DNA of 39,403 nucleotides from a virus: the IMG/VR virus record IMGVR_UViG_3300028840_003316, positions 1 through 39,403 of that record; one strand, given 5' to 3'. Shown here piece after piece: positions 8,621 to 19,145 of the stretch. The notes below the pieces were generated by a model. That model was not told the DNA's origin, searched no databases, and saw only the letters and a list, made by a program, of their open reading frames with translations. The translations under genes were made by a program, and so were the position numbers. How positions within the stretch are numbered: position 1 is the first letter of the stretch; the number at the start of each line of letters is the position of its first letter.

Positions 8621-10663
8621 ATGGCGCAAACAAAGTGGCAAATTGTAGAGAAATTCGATGATGGATTCTTGCAGAAGCGAGATGTGACCCAGATGCCTGC
8701 TGGGGCTCTTATTGTTGGGTCTCAGAATGTTGTAATTACCGATGGTGATCGTATTGCTGTTCGTGAGGGTACAAATATCTTTGGGGCTTCTAGCACTAAC
8801 ACTACTCCGATTACATCAATGCACACTTTTAGAAAGAGAAATGGAAGTGAAATAATGATGCGCAGTTATGATGAGGTGTTAGAGTACTACCACCCTGACA
8901 CGGCAGCCTGGGAGAACTTAAATGATGGATATACTGCTGCTCAGGAGTTTGGATACGCTGATCACAATGTGAACACCGACAATGAAGACTTTGTTTATTT
9001 TGGTAACGCCGTTGAGCCTTACACACGATGGAATGGAGTTATTACTCTACTAGACGGGGCCTTGAGTGGGGGTGAAACAGAAGTAACCGTTGATACAGTC
9101 CTTTCAGACGATGTTTTTTACTCAGCTACAGCAAGTGCCACTACTACAACTACACTAGATATTGCTAGTCCTGCTTGGGGAACTGACCTATGGAATGGAT
9201 TTTACGTATACATTACTAGTGGAGCGCAGGCAGGAAAGATCAGTAAGATTACAGCAACTACAAGCAATCAGATTACTTTTGGGGCTATTGCAGGACTATC
9301 TGGTACCCCAACTTTTGAGATTCGTAAAGTGCGTTTCGCCGACAGTGGAGGTGCAGCTCAACAGAGACTTCGTATTGGTACATCAACTGTCACATATACT
9401 GGATTTGACGATTATCAGACTTTTTCTGGGTGTTCAAACGTTCCTGCGGCTTCTGATGACGCAGCGGTATGTCAGGCAGTCTATGAATTAGCAGATCAGC
9501 AATATCCACGGGGCAATATTTTCCTGGTGTATAATACACGTATGTTCGTGTCTGGAGTTAAGGGGCAGGAATCGACAATTTACTACTCTGCTATTGCAGA
9601 TGCCACAGATTTCACTTTCTCTTCTCCTCGTACTGCTGATGAAGGTGGGACCATTGATACTCCAGAAGGAGGAGGGCCTATTACTGGTTTGGAGCTCCAA
9701 GAAGACGTTATTTACATCTTTAAAGAGAATTTGGTTAAAACTCTTACTTTCACTCAGGATGCTAACGATTTGCCACAGATTCAGCCTCTCATCGAGTCTG
9801 TTCAGATGGGCCCATTAACAAACAAGAGCGTATTTAAGGTGGATAACCAGGTATATTTTGTTACTCGTGAGGGTGGTGTGAAGAACATTGGACGATCCAG
9901 AGACTATGATTACGTGCAGTCAAAGCAGTTATCAGATCCTATCGTGGGGTTTGTAGATGATAAGGTGTTCACAGATGCAGCGGGTGTTTATTACAAGCAG
10001 AAGGCTTACGTTGCCTGTCAGCAGGCAGATGGAACCTTTAATGATTTGGTTTTACCATTCAATTTCCAAAAAGGTGCTTGGGAGGCTCCAATTTACGGTA
10101 TTAATGCAAGTTGTTTCACGGTTTATGACAATAAGCTTTATTACGGTAGCGCTACTACCCCAGAAGTTTATGAGATGGAGGTAGATGACCGATATGATGA
10201 TAATGGCGCCCCGATTGAAGCCATTGCACGGTTTGCATACAACAATTATGGGGCTCCTGCCAATCCAAAAGAGTATGAATCAGTATTTATGGAAGGTTAC
10301 ATTAGTGAAACCACCACAATTACAGTAAATGTTCGATATAACTATCTTGGAGCACAGGAGACACGTACGGTAGAACTTTCAGGGACAGAAGAAGATTACA
10401 TTATTGAAAACTTCAACGTGAACGTGCTTGGACGCTTCCAGTTAGGAGTTCAACCACTAGGAGGGATAGTTCCTGAAGATGATAGACCAACAGAGTTGAG
10501 TAAGTTCCGTATCTATTTCCAGACTACTCGTCAACCATTTTACGAGTTGTCAATAGAGGTCGGTAGCAACACAGAGGGTGCAGAGTGGGAAATTCTACGA
10601 TTTGGAACAGATGCAAAGATGCTACCTAATCCAGTAACAAAATTAAGAAAACAATTAGCTTAA
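8621..10663 (+). CDS. Large tail or nozzle-like structural protein
   Basis: A 680-aa ORF with a TAGTATG junction to the previous gene. Its position is analogous to podovirus tail tubular or nozzle proteins. Confidence 0.4.
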   Translation: MAQTKWQIVEKFDDGFLQKRDVTQMPAGALIVGSQNVVITDGDRIAVREGTNIFGASSTNTTPITSMHTFRKRNGSEIMMRSYDEVLEYYHPDTAAWENLNDGYTAAQEFGYADHNVNTDNEDFVYFGNAVEPYTRWNGVITLLDGALSGGETEVTVDTVLSDDVFYSATASATTTTTLDIASPAWGTDLWNGFYVYITSGAQAGKISKITATTSNQITFGAIAGLSGTPTFEIRKVRFADSGGAAQQRLRIGTSTVTYTGFDDYQTFSGCSNVPAASDDAAVCQAVYELADQQYPRGNIFLVYNTRMFVSGVKGQESTIYYSAIADATDFTFSSPRTADEGGTIDTPEGGGPITGLELQEDVIYIFKENLVKTLTFTQDANDLPQIQPLIESVQMGPLTNKSVFKVDNQVYFVTREGGVKNIGRSRDYDYVQSKQLSDPIVGFVDDKVFTDAAGVYYKQKAYVACQQADGTFNDLVLPFNFQKGAWEAPIYGINASCFTVYDNKLYYGSATTPEVYEMEVDDRYDDNGAPIEAIARFAYNNYGAPANPKEYESVFMEGYISETTTITVNVRYNYLGAQETRTVELSGTEEDYIIENFNVNVLGRFQLGVQPLGGIVPEDDRPTELSKFRIYFQTTRQPFYELSIEVGSNTEGAEWEILRFGTDAKMLPNPVTKLRKQLA

Positions 10664-10674
10664 CTTAGCGACAT

Positions 10675-13071
10675 ATGGCTGATAACAAAAAATACATTTC
10701 AGTAAAACCTACACGGCTGAGTTCAGGTGTCACTTCAACTGATACATCTTTTTCAGTTGCTGAGATCAAAGACATTGCTGGAAATGATCTTACAGCATCA
10801 GATATTGGTGATTTAAACTGGGGTGTATTTGAGCCAGAAAGTTCAGAGCAAGTCGAATTCTTTACCTGGACTGGATTCACAGGAACCTCAATCACTGGTG
10901 TGACTCGTGGAATCCTGCCTAAACAACCTTATACAGAGAATGCTTCATACAAGAGGGCCCACGCTGCTGGAGTACGGGTGGTATTATTTACCAACGCTCC
11001 AGATATGTATGATTCATTCGCCAATAAGGACAATGATGAGACCATTACAGAGACTTGGACGTTTACCAATCCTAATTATCCGAGAATTGATTCTTATGTG
11101 GCACCAACAGCCGATGAACAATTTGCCCCTAAGAAATATATAGACGATATCGCAATCGCGGGTGCTCCTGATGCTACAACCACTGTTAAAGGTATTGTAG
11201 AAATTGCAACTTCAGCGGAGAGTCAGGCGGGAACTGACACTGGTGGAACTGGAGCAAGTCTCGTCGTGCTTCCTAGTGATATTGCTACTAACATTCAAGA
11301 GGCGCAGTTCTTGTTTGCAGCAGACGCTGGTGGAACCGATGCCTATGCCATTACAATAGCTCCTGCTATCAGTGCATATACAACGGGACAATCATTCTAT
11401 TTCACAGCCAATACAGCGAATACAGGAGCAGCTACCTTAGATGTTAATGGAGTTGGAGCGATCACTATTAAGAAGTTTCACGACCAGGACTTAGAGGACG
11501 GCGACATTGAATCAGGATCAGCAGTACACGTTATTTACGATGGTACTAACTTCCAATTACAGACCCCGCTTGCCACTAATCTGTCTACAGCAGTGGTAGA
11601 TGACGTAAATTCTTTCTTCGCTGATCCAAAGCAGCAACAGATTACGATTAATGAAACTGCAGCCCAAGATATTGCGGCAGGAGATCTCGTAGCAATGGAA
11701 TCAGATGGATTACACCGAGTGAGAGCAACCGACATTGGAACTGAGGATTATATTGATACCACTGATACTAAGTCTGATGGTGTACGGATCACTGGTAGAA
11801 TTAGATCATTCGATTCTGCAACTTCTCTTCGAAGGATTATTAGTTATTTAGACGATGATGCTAGTGCGCGTCGATCCATTGTTGGAGCATATGATTTCAA
11901 CGCAGATTTTGCATCGGTATCAGCTTACTCTCCATTGTCAGCCAGTGTTACAGCAGGAATTGCTGGGGACGTGTTTATGAGTGATGTTTGTCAGTTTGCC
12001 GATGATGAGTATTTGGTTGTTTCTTCTGATGGTGGTGATATTGATGCAGTCTATGTTGAAACTACTGGGGCGTTGTCTCAGGGAGCAGCCGCTTCTATTA
12101 GTACTACAGCATTGTTTGGTGTGTGTGCCCCTTATGACGCCACAGAAGCTATTGTATGGGGGTATAACTCAGGAGGGGCAACTGGAATCCAGGCGTTTGA
12201 GATTAATTTGTCAGGTACAACCATTTCGGTTGGAACCACCTCGACATTTATTAGCTCGAGCAATTCCCTCAGACTGCACGGTGCTGCACGATTTGGTACT
12301 AGTGATTTTTACGGAGTTCTTTATTCAGATGGTGATGATACTAAGTTGTATTTCGTGATTGGTGAATACGATCAGCCTAATGGTAATTTCAGTGCTGTTG
12401 GAACCCCACTTGAAGTTGAATCTGCAGCTGTTATGGCACAATATCAAACAGCAACCCTTGTTGGAGTTGATGATACACATATGGCCATTGCTTATGTGGT
12501 TGGTTCTAATGCAAAGGTTGGAATCTATTCTCGATCCTCAACAACCGCTACAGAAGAAGAAAAAATTACCCTGACTCAAGCTGCTGAATCTAATGTAGGA
12601 ATCGGAATGGAATTGATTGGGAGTTCAACATTAGGAGTATGTTACGAAGATTCAGCCAATACTTCTGTTGCCTTTATGGTAGAAATTGAACGTGATTTGG
12701 ATGATATCACTCAAATCGATGAGCAAGGTCTAGCCGCCTCAAACGGAGGGGGAGGAGTAATTGAATTGTATCGAGATAAATGGGCTTTTGCCTATGAACT
12801 TAACAGCACCTCCGATATTAACCTGGCTGTATACGACCTGACAGTTAATGTAAATAGTTTTATTGGTGCAGCTCAAGCGGCCATTGATAACGCAGCAACT
12901 GGTGATATTACAGTTAATGGATACGAGGATACGTTTACAGGTCTAACTCAAGGAACTCCATATTATGTTGATTACGGTGGCGATACTACATCCGATAAAA
13001 CAATCTATCAGTCTGATAATCAAGTTAAAGCGGGCGTTGCGTTATCAGCGACTGAAATGGATATAAAATAA
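10675..13071 (+). CDS. Tail fibre or tail spike protein
   Basis: DATTTVKGIVEIATSAESQAGTDTGGTGASLVVLPS and NTGAATLDVNGVGAITIKK are motifs typical of phage tail-fibre N-terminal regions. Confidence 0.7.
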   Translation: MADNKKYISVKPTRLSSGVTSTDTSFSVAEIKDIAGNDLTASDIGDLNWGVFEPESSEQVEFFTWTGFTGTSITGVTRGILPKQPYTENASYKRAHAAGVRVVLFTNAPDMYDSFANKDNDETITETWTFTNPNYPRIDSYVAPTADEQFAPKKYIDDIAIAGAPDATTTVKGIVEIATSAESQAGTDTGGTGASLVVLPSDIATNIQEAQFLFAADAGGTDAYAITIAPAISAYTTGQSFYFTANTANTGAATLDVNGVGAITIKKFHDQDLEDGDIESGSAVHVIYDGTNFQLQTPLATNLSTAVVDDVNSFFADPKQQQITINETAAQDIAAGDLVAMESDGLHRVRATDIGTEDYIDTTDTKSDGVRITGRIRSFDSATSLRRIISYLDDDASARRSIVGAYDFNADFASVSAYSPLSASVTAGIAGDVFMSDVCQFADDEYLVVSSDGGDIDAVYVETTGALSQGAAASISTTALFGVCAPYDATEAIVWGYNSGGATGIQAFEINLSGTTISVGTTSTFISSSNSLRLHGAARFGTSDFYGVLYSDGDDTKLYFVIGEYDQPNGNFSAVGTPLEVESAAVMAQYQTATLVGVDDTHMAIAYVVGSNAKVGIYSRSSTTATEEEKITLTQAAESNVGIGMELIGSSTLGVCYEDSANTSVAFMVEIERDLDDITQIDEQGLAASNGGGGVIELYRDKWAFAYELNSTSDINLAVYDLTVNVNSFIGAAQAAIDNAATGDITVNGYEDTFTGLTQGTPYYVDYGGDTTSDKTIYQSDNQVKAGVALSATEMDIK

Positions 13072-13077
13072 AGAAAT

Positions 13078-15789
13078 ATGCCTAATAAGCCAAATGTAGT
13101 AACACAAGATAAGTCTGGGAATGTATGGATTAATGCCAAGCTGTACAAACAGACTGGTGATCCCTCTGCGGCATCACAAGAAGTAAACAAGCTCCTGAAT
13201 AATCCTTATCAGAAGTATATTTTAGGTGATACTGGTGGAGAGACATATCGTAAATACTACACGGCGAGTGGGGCAGATAAGAATGCTTCTGATTCTTCTG
13301 GAATATCTACCAAAGAACTGGCAACTACCACGACTGGACCAACCGGAAAAACATTCGCTCAAGGTTATTCTGATGTGATCGCTTCTAATCCTAATCTTAA
13401 AGATTATTTTGGACAGGGTGGGACAACTAAGGAAATGGAAACTGCAACCAAGCAATTAATGCTTGAGAACATTGCTACTCAAATGGGTGATAAATCGGTT
13501 ATTGGATCAGAGGCAGCAAGACGTGTATTTGGAGACATTGGAACAGGGTTAGATGATGAAACACAGAAATTAATGGAAGGTCAGGCTCAGATCGATGGGC
13601 CGCCACCAGAGATGCAACAACAGTTTCAGCCTACCCCTGATTTTCAAATGCAGATGCCGCAACAGCTACAGCAGACTGGAGGGGTTGATCTAAGCTCTTA
13701 CGGAATTCCAGCTGATACTCCTTCTGATTCATTAACACCAGAACAGAAGAGGCTTTATGAAGGAATTCAGAAATTAAACCAAGAGACATTCGACTCTACA
13801 GTTCAGGAGATTCAGAGATGGGTACAGGAGCAAACCGCAGCAGTCAAGACCGAACAGGAGAAAGCTATGGGAGCCTCTCGCGTGGCATTAGCTCGAATGG
13901 GGGCGCTACAAACAACCTCAGCCGCTACACAATACGTCAATGATCTGCAATCAGAATACACCGATAAGTTATCTGGAATAGTCCAACAAGGAATCTCAGC
14001 CATCAACACTGCCCAAAGAGCCAAATCAGAGGGTGACTTGGAAATATTGTCTCAACAGATCGAGAACATTCGACAGAACAAACAGGATATGATGGCAGAG
14101 CAGGCTCAATTTATGGACAATCTCCAGGCAATGGAAAATATCGCGAAACTGCGCAGGGATAGCGTCACGGGCCAAATTGATGCGATGGTGGCATCTGGTA
14201 TGACTGAGGATGATGTACCTGAGGGTTATTTGGGATATCTGGATTCTGCGGCAGGTTATGCCCCTGGAGTTTCTGCTGGATTGATGCAGATGGCGGAAAG
14301 AGAACGTTCTATCCAAGAATTCCAGACAATGCAAGAGGCTGAATCAGCATCAATTCAGAGAACATCTGATCTTATAGATCTGCTCAACAAGGTGCCTTAC
14401 GGCCAATCTATCGAAATAAACGGTTCTGTATATACTGGAATGGATAACGGTATGGAGTTCAAGGGATATGAAATAGATAAAACTACTGGAGATGGAGTTG
14501 CAGTAGTTTGGGATAAGAACAGTGGAGGTCTAATGACTCACAAAATGCCAGGTATGGTGTCTCCACAAATGAATTATCAGACAACTTGGGTTGAAAATGG
14601 CGACGGAACAAAGACTCTGTGGTATGTCCCTGAGAATCCTAATGCGGGAATAGCAGTTCCAGTACCAGGTGCTTACTCAAGTAACGCCACTGGTGGTGTT
14701 GGAGAGAATGCTTTAATGTCGGACTTCCCACAAGGGGAGAGCTTCTCGAATACTTCTTGGTGTGGAGAATACTTACGTAATATTATGGATGAAGGAGTTC
14801 TTCCCCCAGTTGGAAACTTCGACACCATCCAGCAGAAACGTGAATGGGCCGATGAAACTATCGGATTTGGTCCTGGACAGCGTCCTCCTCAGGTTGGTGA
14901 TATCATTGTTACTAACGAACACGCTACTTATGGACACGTCGGTATGATTACCGACATCACGGTTGACCCAAATACTGGCAGGCAGGTAGCAAGATTGGCT
15001 GAAAGTAATTATTCTGGTCCTTACCCAACCTATACGCGCACCATTGAGCTTTCGGAGAATAATATGGAAACAGCTGGAGGTAAGGTTATCGGATTCCATA
15101 CTGGAAAATTGAAGCCAGAATATACTCAAGAGTGGTATTCCACCCCAGGTTTGACAGCGGTTGGTGGTGAAGAGATTGATTGGCAACAGGTAGGAAAAGA
15201 ACAAAACTTGTTCGGTAAGTTTGAGGGTAATGATACTGTTCAGAGATTCGTTGATGTACAGAACAAGGCTGGAACATTCAATCAGATTATCGATATGGGA
15301 GTTGGTGGTCCAGGTGACTTGGCATTGGTATTTGAATTTATGAAAGCACTTGACCCAACATCAGTTGTTCGTGAATCAGAATATGAGGCTGCTGCTAAAT
15401 CAGGAAACATTTTTGCAGGCAGTTTCGCGAGATTTAATGGGTACCTGAAAGAAGAGGGTGGTTTCTTGCCAGATAATGTGAAGAATTCTTTTAATGATAT
15501 GGTTCAGGCTAAGTATGGACAGGCAAACAAGGAATTTGAGAATGTCTATAATAGTTACCGAACAATGGCAGTTAATCAGGGATTGAATCCAGATAATGTG
15601 GTTCTGGATTATCGTTTGGAATCTCCTGTTGAAGAAAATCAATCTGCAATGGTTACGAATCCTTATTCGAGCACAGATCAAATGAAAAACGAGTTTGGTG
15701 ATCTACCAGGGGTATCTGAATGGATTGACAGTATGGAAGACCAAGGATTGAACGTTGATCAAATCTATCAATTATTAATGTTTGAATAA
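13078..15789 (+). CDS. Internal virion or ejection protein with a CHAP peptidoglycan hydrolase domain
   Basis: A long coiled-coil, Q-rich region is followed by SWCGEYLRN (catalytic Cys) and ATYGHVGMITD (His), arranged as in CHAP domains. Confidence 0.65.
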   Translation: MPNKPNVVTQDKSGNVWINAKLYKQTGDPSAASQEVNKLLNNPYQKYILGDTGGETYRKYYTASGADKNASDSSGISTKELATTTTGPTGKTFAQGYSDVIASNPNLKDYFGQGGTTKEMETATKQLMLENIATQMGDKSVIGSEAARRVFGDIGTGLDDETQKLMEGQAQIDGPPPEMQQQFQPTPDFQMQMPQQLQQTGGVDLSSYGIPADTPSDSLTPEQKRLYEGIQKLNQETFDSTVQEIQRWVQEQTAAVKTEQEKAMGASRVALARMGALQTTSAATQYVNDLQSEYTDKLSGIVQQGISAINTAQRAKSEGDLEILSQQIENIRQNKQDMMAEQAQFMDNLQAMENIAKLRRDSVTGQIDAMVASGMTEDDVPEGYLGYLDSAAGYAPGVSAGLMQMAERERSIQEFQTMQEAESASIQRTSDLIDLLNKVPYGQSIEINGSVYTGMDNGMEFKGYEIDKTTGDGVAVVWDKNSGGLMTHKMPGMVSPQMNYQTTWVENGDGTKTLWYVPENPNAGIAVPVPGAYSSNATGGVGENALMSDFPQGESFSNTSWCGEYLRNIMDEGVLPPVGNFDTIQQKREWADETIGFGPGQRPPQVGDIIVTNEHATYGHVGMITDITVDPNTGRQVARLAESNYSGPYPTYTRTIELSENNMETAGGKVIGFHTGKLKPEYTQEWYSTPGLTAVGGEEIDWQQVGKEQNLFGKFEGNDTVQRFVDVQNKAGTFNQIIDMGVGGPGDLALVFEFMKALDPTSVVRESEYEAAAKSGNIFAGSFARFNGYLKEEGGFLPDNVKNSFNDMVQAKYGQANKEFENVYNSYRTMAVNQGLNPDNVVLDYRLESPVEENQSAMVTNPYSSTDQMKNEFGDLPGVSEWIDSMEDQGLNVDQIYQLLMFE

Positions 15790-15790
15790 T

Positions 15791-17647
15791 ATGGGAATAT
15801 TAGATGACCTCCAAAATACTAGACAAGAAAATAAACGTAAACTGGGAGAGTTTTTGAGTGGTGTCGGAAAGGGGGCTTTGAGTACGGTACGTGGAATTTC
15901 TAGTTTAGGTGAAAAAGGTCTTGCTGGTGTTTCTGAGCTTGGAGCACGAGTTTTTGGGGCAGAAGAAGCTGCAGAAACATTTAAAGAGCAGCGACAAGAG
16001 CCAGCGGCTGGAGAACTTATTACCGAAGAGATGACCGAAGCAAGAACTCCTATTGAAAAGGCTGGTAAGCTTACGGAACAGGTTGGAGAATTCTTTATCC
16101 CCGGTGGTCAGATTTATAGGGCAGGTAAGGGTGTACAGGCCGGTATTAAAGGAATACAACAATTACCAAGAGCTGTCAGAGCAATCGGCGGGTTAACTGG
16201 ACGTGCTGGCGTTGAGGCTGCTGGTGCTGCTGGAATGACTGCCTTACAACGTGGTGATATAGACAAGGAATCGGGAGAAGCTGCTATCTATGGAGCAATT
16301 TTTCCTTTTGGAGGAGCTGGCTTAAAAGGTATTGGAGATGCATCTGGTAAAGTGCTTCAATTCTTCACTCGCCGTTTAAGCGGGGTTCCAACTGAATCAA
16401 TGGAAATGGCACTTCGTAATCCAGAAAAAATTAGACAGGTGATGCGTCGGTACGCTAATGATATTCCGGGAGGTTTAGACGATCTTCGTGAATCACTTTC
16501 CAAGGCAATGTCCGATTATCGAGTTATGTTGAATGAAAACTACGGACGAGCATTGGGTTCAATTGATGAGGGTAAATTTGCTGGAAAGCTTTCTTTGGAT
16601 GATGTAAAAAACACTTTCCAAGATACACTGAATAAATTCGGTGGTGTTTCAGTGGAGAAAGGCGTTGTCGACACTTCTAAGAGCGTGTTGAGAAATTTTG
16701 ATAATCAACTTCAGGATATGTATGACTTGATTTATACTTGGGACGACATAACTCCAACTGGATTAAATCGCCTGAGACAAGTAATTGATTCAAGTTATAC
16801 ACAGAATCTTACCGCTGCCAGCGTTGATAAGGGGGCACGAAAGTTTAATGCACTTGTGGGGGAAGTTCAGGATAATCTTAGAAATTACGTAGGCAAAAAT
16901 GTTCCCGAGATTAAAACTGCTAATGCAGAATTCAGTAAAAACGTTGATGTATTAAAGAGGTTGGAAAATGAGATCGGAATAGGTAGGAATGTGAAAGAAT
17001 CCACTATTGAGTCAAAACTGCGTCGTACTATGACGGAGAGTGGGGATTTCTATCGAAATCTTATACGAGATTTGGGAGAGAAAACAGGAAATGACTTTTT
17101 GGCCGATATTGCGGGGTTGACCTTTGCAAGACTTCAACCAACAGGAATGTCCGCTATTCTGACTTCGCTTACTGGTATTGGTGGTGCTGGTGCGGTAGCA
17201 ATGGGAGGAGGTCTTCCAGCTTTAGCAGGGATGGCCTCAACATTCGCTATGGCGTCTCCTAGAGTCGTAGGAGAGGTTTTGACTACCTCAGGTAAGGTTC
17301 TTAACAAAGAGGGAACACAGCTTGTCAGAAGCCTATATCAGCAATCGGGACTGTCCTTTAACAGGTTCTTTAATGAGTTCGTTGATATTCTAAAAGAAAG
17401 CCCTGTTGGGGAAGGTGTGGAATGGACTCAGGATAATATCGATGCATTGAAAGATAGGATGTATAATTCTATACAACAAGAAACGCTTGACGAAGCACGT
17501 CAGCGTTTACAGGGCGGTCCTGGTATGACAGGTCTTCCAGAAGATCAGCACAAGACCGCAGTGGAGTCTATGCAGACAGCTTTACCATCAGAGACCCTTG
17601 AAGAAATAAGGAATCGAATGAATCGATCAGAAACCGTTCTTCAATAG
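15791..17647 (+). CDS. Internal virion or ejection protein with Gly/Ala-rich hydrophobic segments
   Basis: The ATG at 15791 follows the upstream TAA (TAATATG). The track start at 15782 is TTG. Hydrophobic stretches such as AILTSLTGIGGAGAVAMGGGLPALAGMA are present. Confidence 0.5.
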   Translation: MGILDDLQNTRQENKRKLGEFLSGVGKGALSTVRGISSLGEKGLAGVSELGARVFGAEEAAETFKEQRQEPAAGELITEEMTEARTPIEKAGKLTEQVGEFFIPGGQIYRAGKGVQAGIKGIQQLPRAVRAIGGLTGRAGVEAAGAAGMTALQRGDIDKESGEAAIYGAIFPFGGAGLKGIGDASGKVLQFFTRRLSGVPTESMEMALRNPEKIRQVMRRYANDIPGGLDDLRESLSKAMSDYRVMLNENYGRALGSIDEGKFAGKLSLDDVKNTFQDTLNKFGGVSVEKGVVDTSKSVLRNFDNQLQDMYDLIYTWDDITPTGLNRLRQVIDSSYTQNLTAASVDKGARKFNALVGEVQDNLRNYVGKNVPEIKTANAEFSKNVDVLKRLENEIGIGRNVKESTIESKLRRTMTESGDFYRNLIRDLGEKTGNDFLADIAGLTFARLQPTGMSAILTSLTGIGGAGAVAMGGGLPALAGMASTFAMASPRVVGEVLTTSGKVLNKEGTQLVRSLYQQSGLSFNRFFNEFVDILKESPVGEGVEWTQDNIDALKDRMYNSIQQETLDEARQRLQGGPGMTGLPEDQHKTAVESMQTALPSETLEEIRNRMNRSETVLQ

Positions 17648-17679
17648 GTAACCAATGATAAATCCCAATGCTATACAGA

Positions 17680-18330
17680 CTATGTATGTTGAGATGAATT
17701 TTGACATATTGGTGTAGTTAGTGCTCTTTCGGTGTCCCATCCTTCAAGTATTCTCTTCTTTAGAGCATCATAATTTAGATTTAATTCACGAGCCCATTCT
17801 GATAAAGTTTTTGTTTTACCTCTGAATGTTAGGTTTTTATTTTGCCTGGTATTATTTGCCTGTTCAAGCGGTGTGGACCATTTACAGTTATCTGGTGTGT
17901 AATTCCCATTGTTATTGATTCTATCAATAGATAGTCCATCACCATAATCATTATCAATTGCCCAATTTTTAAAGGCTTCATATTCATCCCACTCCTTGCA
18001 TACTTTTATACCCCTTCCACCGTATCTATGGAATGAAGGGTTATTTTTGTTATTACACCTGTTCCTCATTGCCTTCCAAATTCTGTATAGGCGTGGGTTA
18101 TTTTTGCTTTCACCGTGTGTTTTATTCCAACCACATATCTTGTTAGATTGTTCTTTGGATAGACAGCCACAACTCTTAGTTTTTTTTAATCGTAAATCCC
18201 TTCCTTTTACAATAGACCAATTCTCACAACTACACTTACATAACCAATATGCAAATTGATCTTTCTTGGCAATTTCTACGACCTTTAAACGTCCGTAGGT
18301 GTTTCCAGTCTCGTCGATAATTTTACCCAT
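17680..18330 (-). CDS. Protein of the YGGRGI family, commonly annotated as an HNH/AP2-like endonuclease or DNA-binding protein
   Basis: YGRLKVVE...WLCKCSCEN...SCGCL, RLYRIWKAMRNRCNN...YGGRGIKVCKEW and IDRINNNGNYTPDNCKW are the family signatures as I remember them. Confidence 0.65.
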   Translation of the reverse strand: MGKIIDETGNTYGRLKVVEIAKKDQFAYWLCKCSCENWSIVKGRDLRLKKTKSCGCLSKEQSNKICGWNKTHGESKNNPRLYRIWKAMRNRCNNKNNPSFHRYGGRGIKVCKEWDEYEAFKNWAIDNDYGDGLSIDRINNNGNYTPDNCKWSTPLEQANNTRQNKNLTFRGKTKTLSEWARELNLNYDALKKRILEGWDTERALTTPICQNSSQHT

Positions 18331-18350
18331 AAAACTGGATTAAATAATAA

Positions 18351-18425
18351 TACCCCATCAAGAGAGGTGATACACAGCTAGGTAAAGCTGGTTCATCCGA
18401 AGATGAAGCCTCCCTTGACGGGGTA
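18351..18425 (-). ncRNA. 75-nt Y-shaped structured element
   Basis: A 17-bp closing helix encloses two hairpins, one with a UUCG loop on the minus strand. The outer helix pairs 18351-18367 with 18409-18425; its two A-C mismatches on the + strand become U-G pairs on the - strand. The hairpins are 18375-18390 and 18392-18407, and the loop CGAA reads UUCG on the - strand. Confidence 0.5.
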
Positions 18426-18461
18426 TTTACCTATCTAGTATCAATAACAATCATATCACAT

Positions 18462-18704
18462 TTATTCGGTTTTGTCAACCCCTTTAGCCGTCTTTTTGGC
18501 TTTCTTTAGCGGTTCTTCTTGTTTTTCATCAATCATCTCCAGAGCCTCTTCTTTGGTTATTTCAGGTTCCTCTGGTGTCCACTTACCGTGTGGGTGCCAG
18601 GTACCATTGTTCATATTCCAATGGTATAGTTTGTTGTCTTCTCCAAGCCCAATGATTACTTTCTCGGACTTGGCGTAAATTTGGATAATCTTCATATTAC
18701 TCAT
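18462..18704 (-). CDS. Hypothetical protein (80 aa)
   Basis: An ORF with TATG context. The G..G.(L/I)Y.W...W pattern is shared with 19146..19328, so the two may be paralogues. Confidence 0.6.
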   Translation of the reverse strand: MSNMKIIQIYAKSEKVIIGLGEDNKLYHWNMNNGTWHPHGKWTPEEPEITKEEALEMIDEKQEEPLKKAKKTAKGVDKTE

Positions 18705-19080
18705 AGTCTTTAAGTTTATTATTATAGTGATCTTGTAGGTCTTTTAGTTCCTGAATAGTAAATTTTCTTGTTGTCCATTTGAGTTGATGCAGCTCTTCAA
18801 GGACATCCTCTCCATACATTTGTCGTAATTTTATTGCATATTCGTCAATGGCTCCTTTTTTTCCAACATTGCAACCATAGCACTGACAGTTTACATTTCT
18901 TTCATCTATAAAGGTTGAATTATGGGTGCGTGGAATGTAGTGACCTGCCTGCATCTCTTTAACAGGCTTCTGTATTCCGCAAGTTATACAGATTCCTTTA
19001 TCCCTGTTTCTTACGTATTTGGAGAAGATCTTCCAGAGCTTTTTTTTCTCTTTCGATAATGTCGTCGATTTTGTAGACAT
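18697..19080 (-). CDS. ninG: NinG-like protein (lambda NinG family)
   Basis: YVRNRDKGICITCG, QAGHYIPR, ERNVNCQCYGCN and a C-terminal ...Y..KLKDY align with my memory of lambda NinG (FIRERDRDLPCISCG, DAGHY, NERNIHKQCVVCN, YQQKLKDL). The track start at 19107 is GTG. The first ATG is at 19080. Confidence 0.8.
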   Translation of the reverse strand: MSTKSTTLSKEKKKLWKIFSKYVRNRDKGICITCGIQKPVKEMQAGHYIPRTHNSTFIDERNVNCQCYGCNVGKKGAIDEYAIKLRQMYGEDVLEELHQLKWTTRKFTIQELKDLQDHYNNKLKDYE

Positions 19081-19145
19081 CACAGTTTTTATTATGAACA
19101 CAACCACTAGGGCTTATCCATTTTATTAGATCTTCGTATTGGCAA

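Noticed and set aside
14773-15204. A 143-aa antisense ORF inside the CHAP protein gene. Similar antisense ORFs lie at 35970..36449, 37166..37576, 26596..26934 and 31936..32313.
   Set aside because: These are embedded antisense in long, well-supported genes, with no recognisable motifs. They are typical shadow ORFs.
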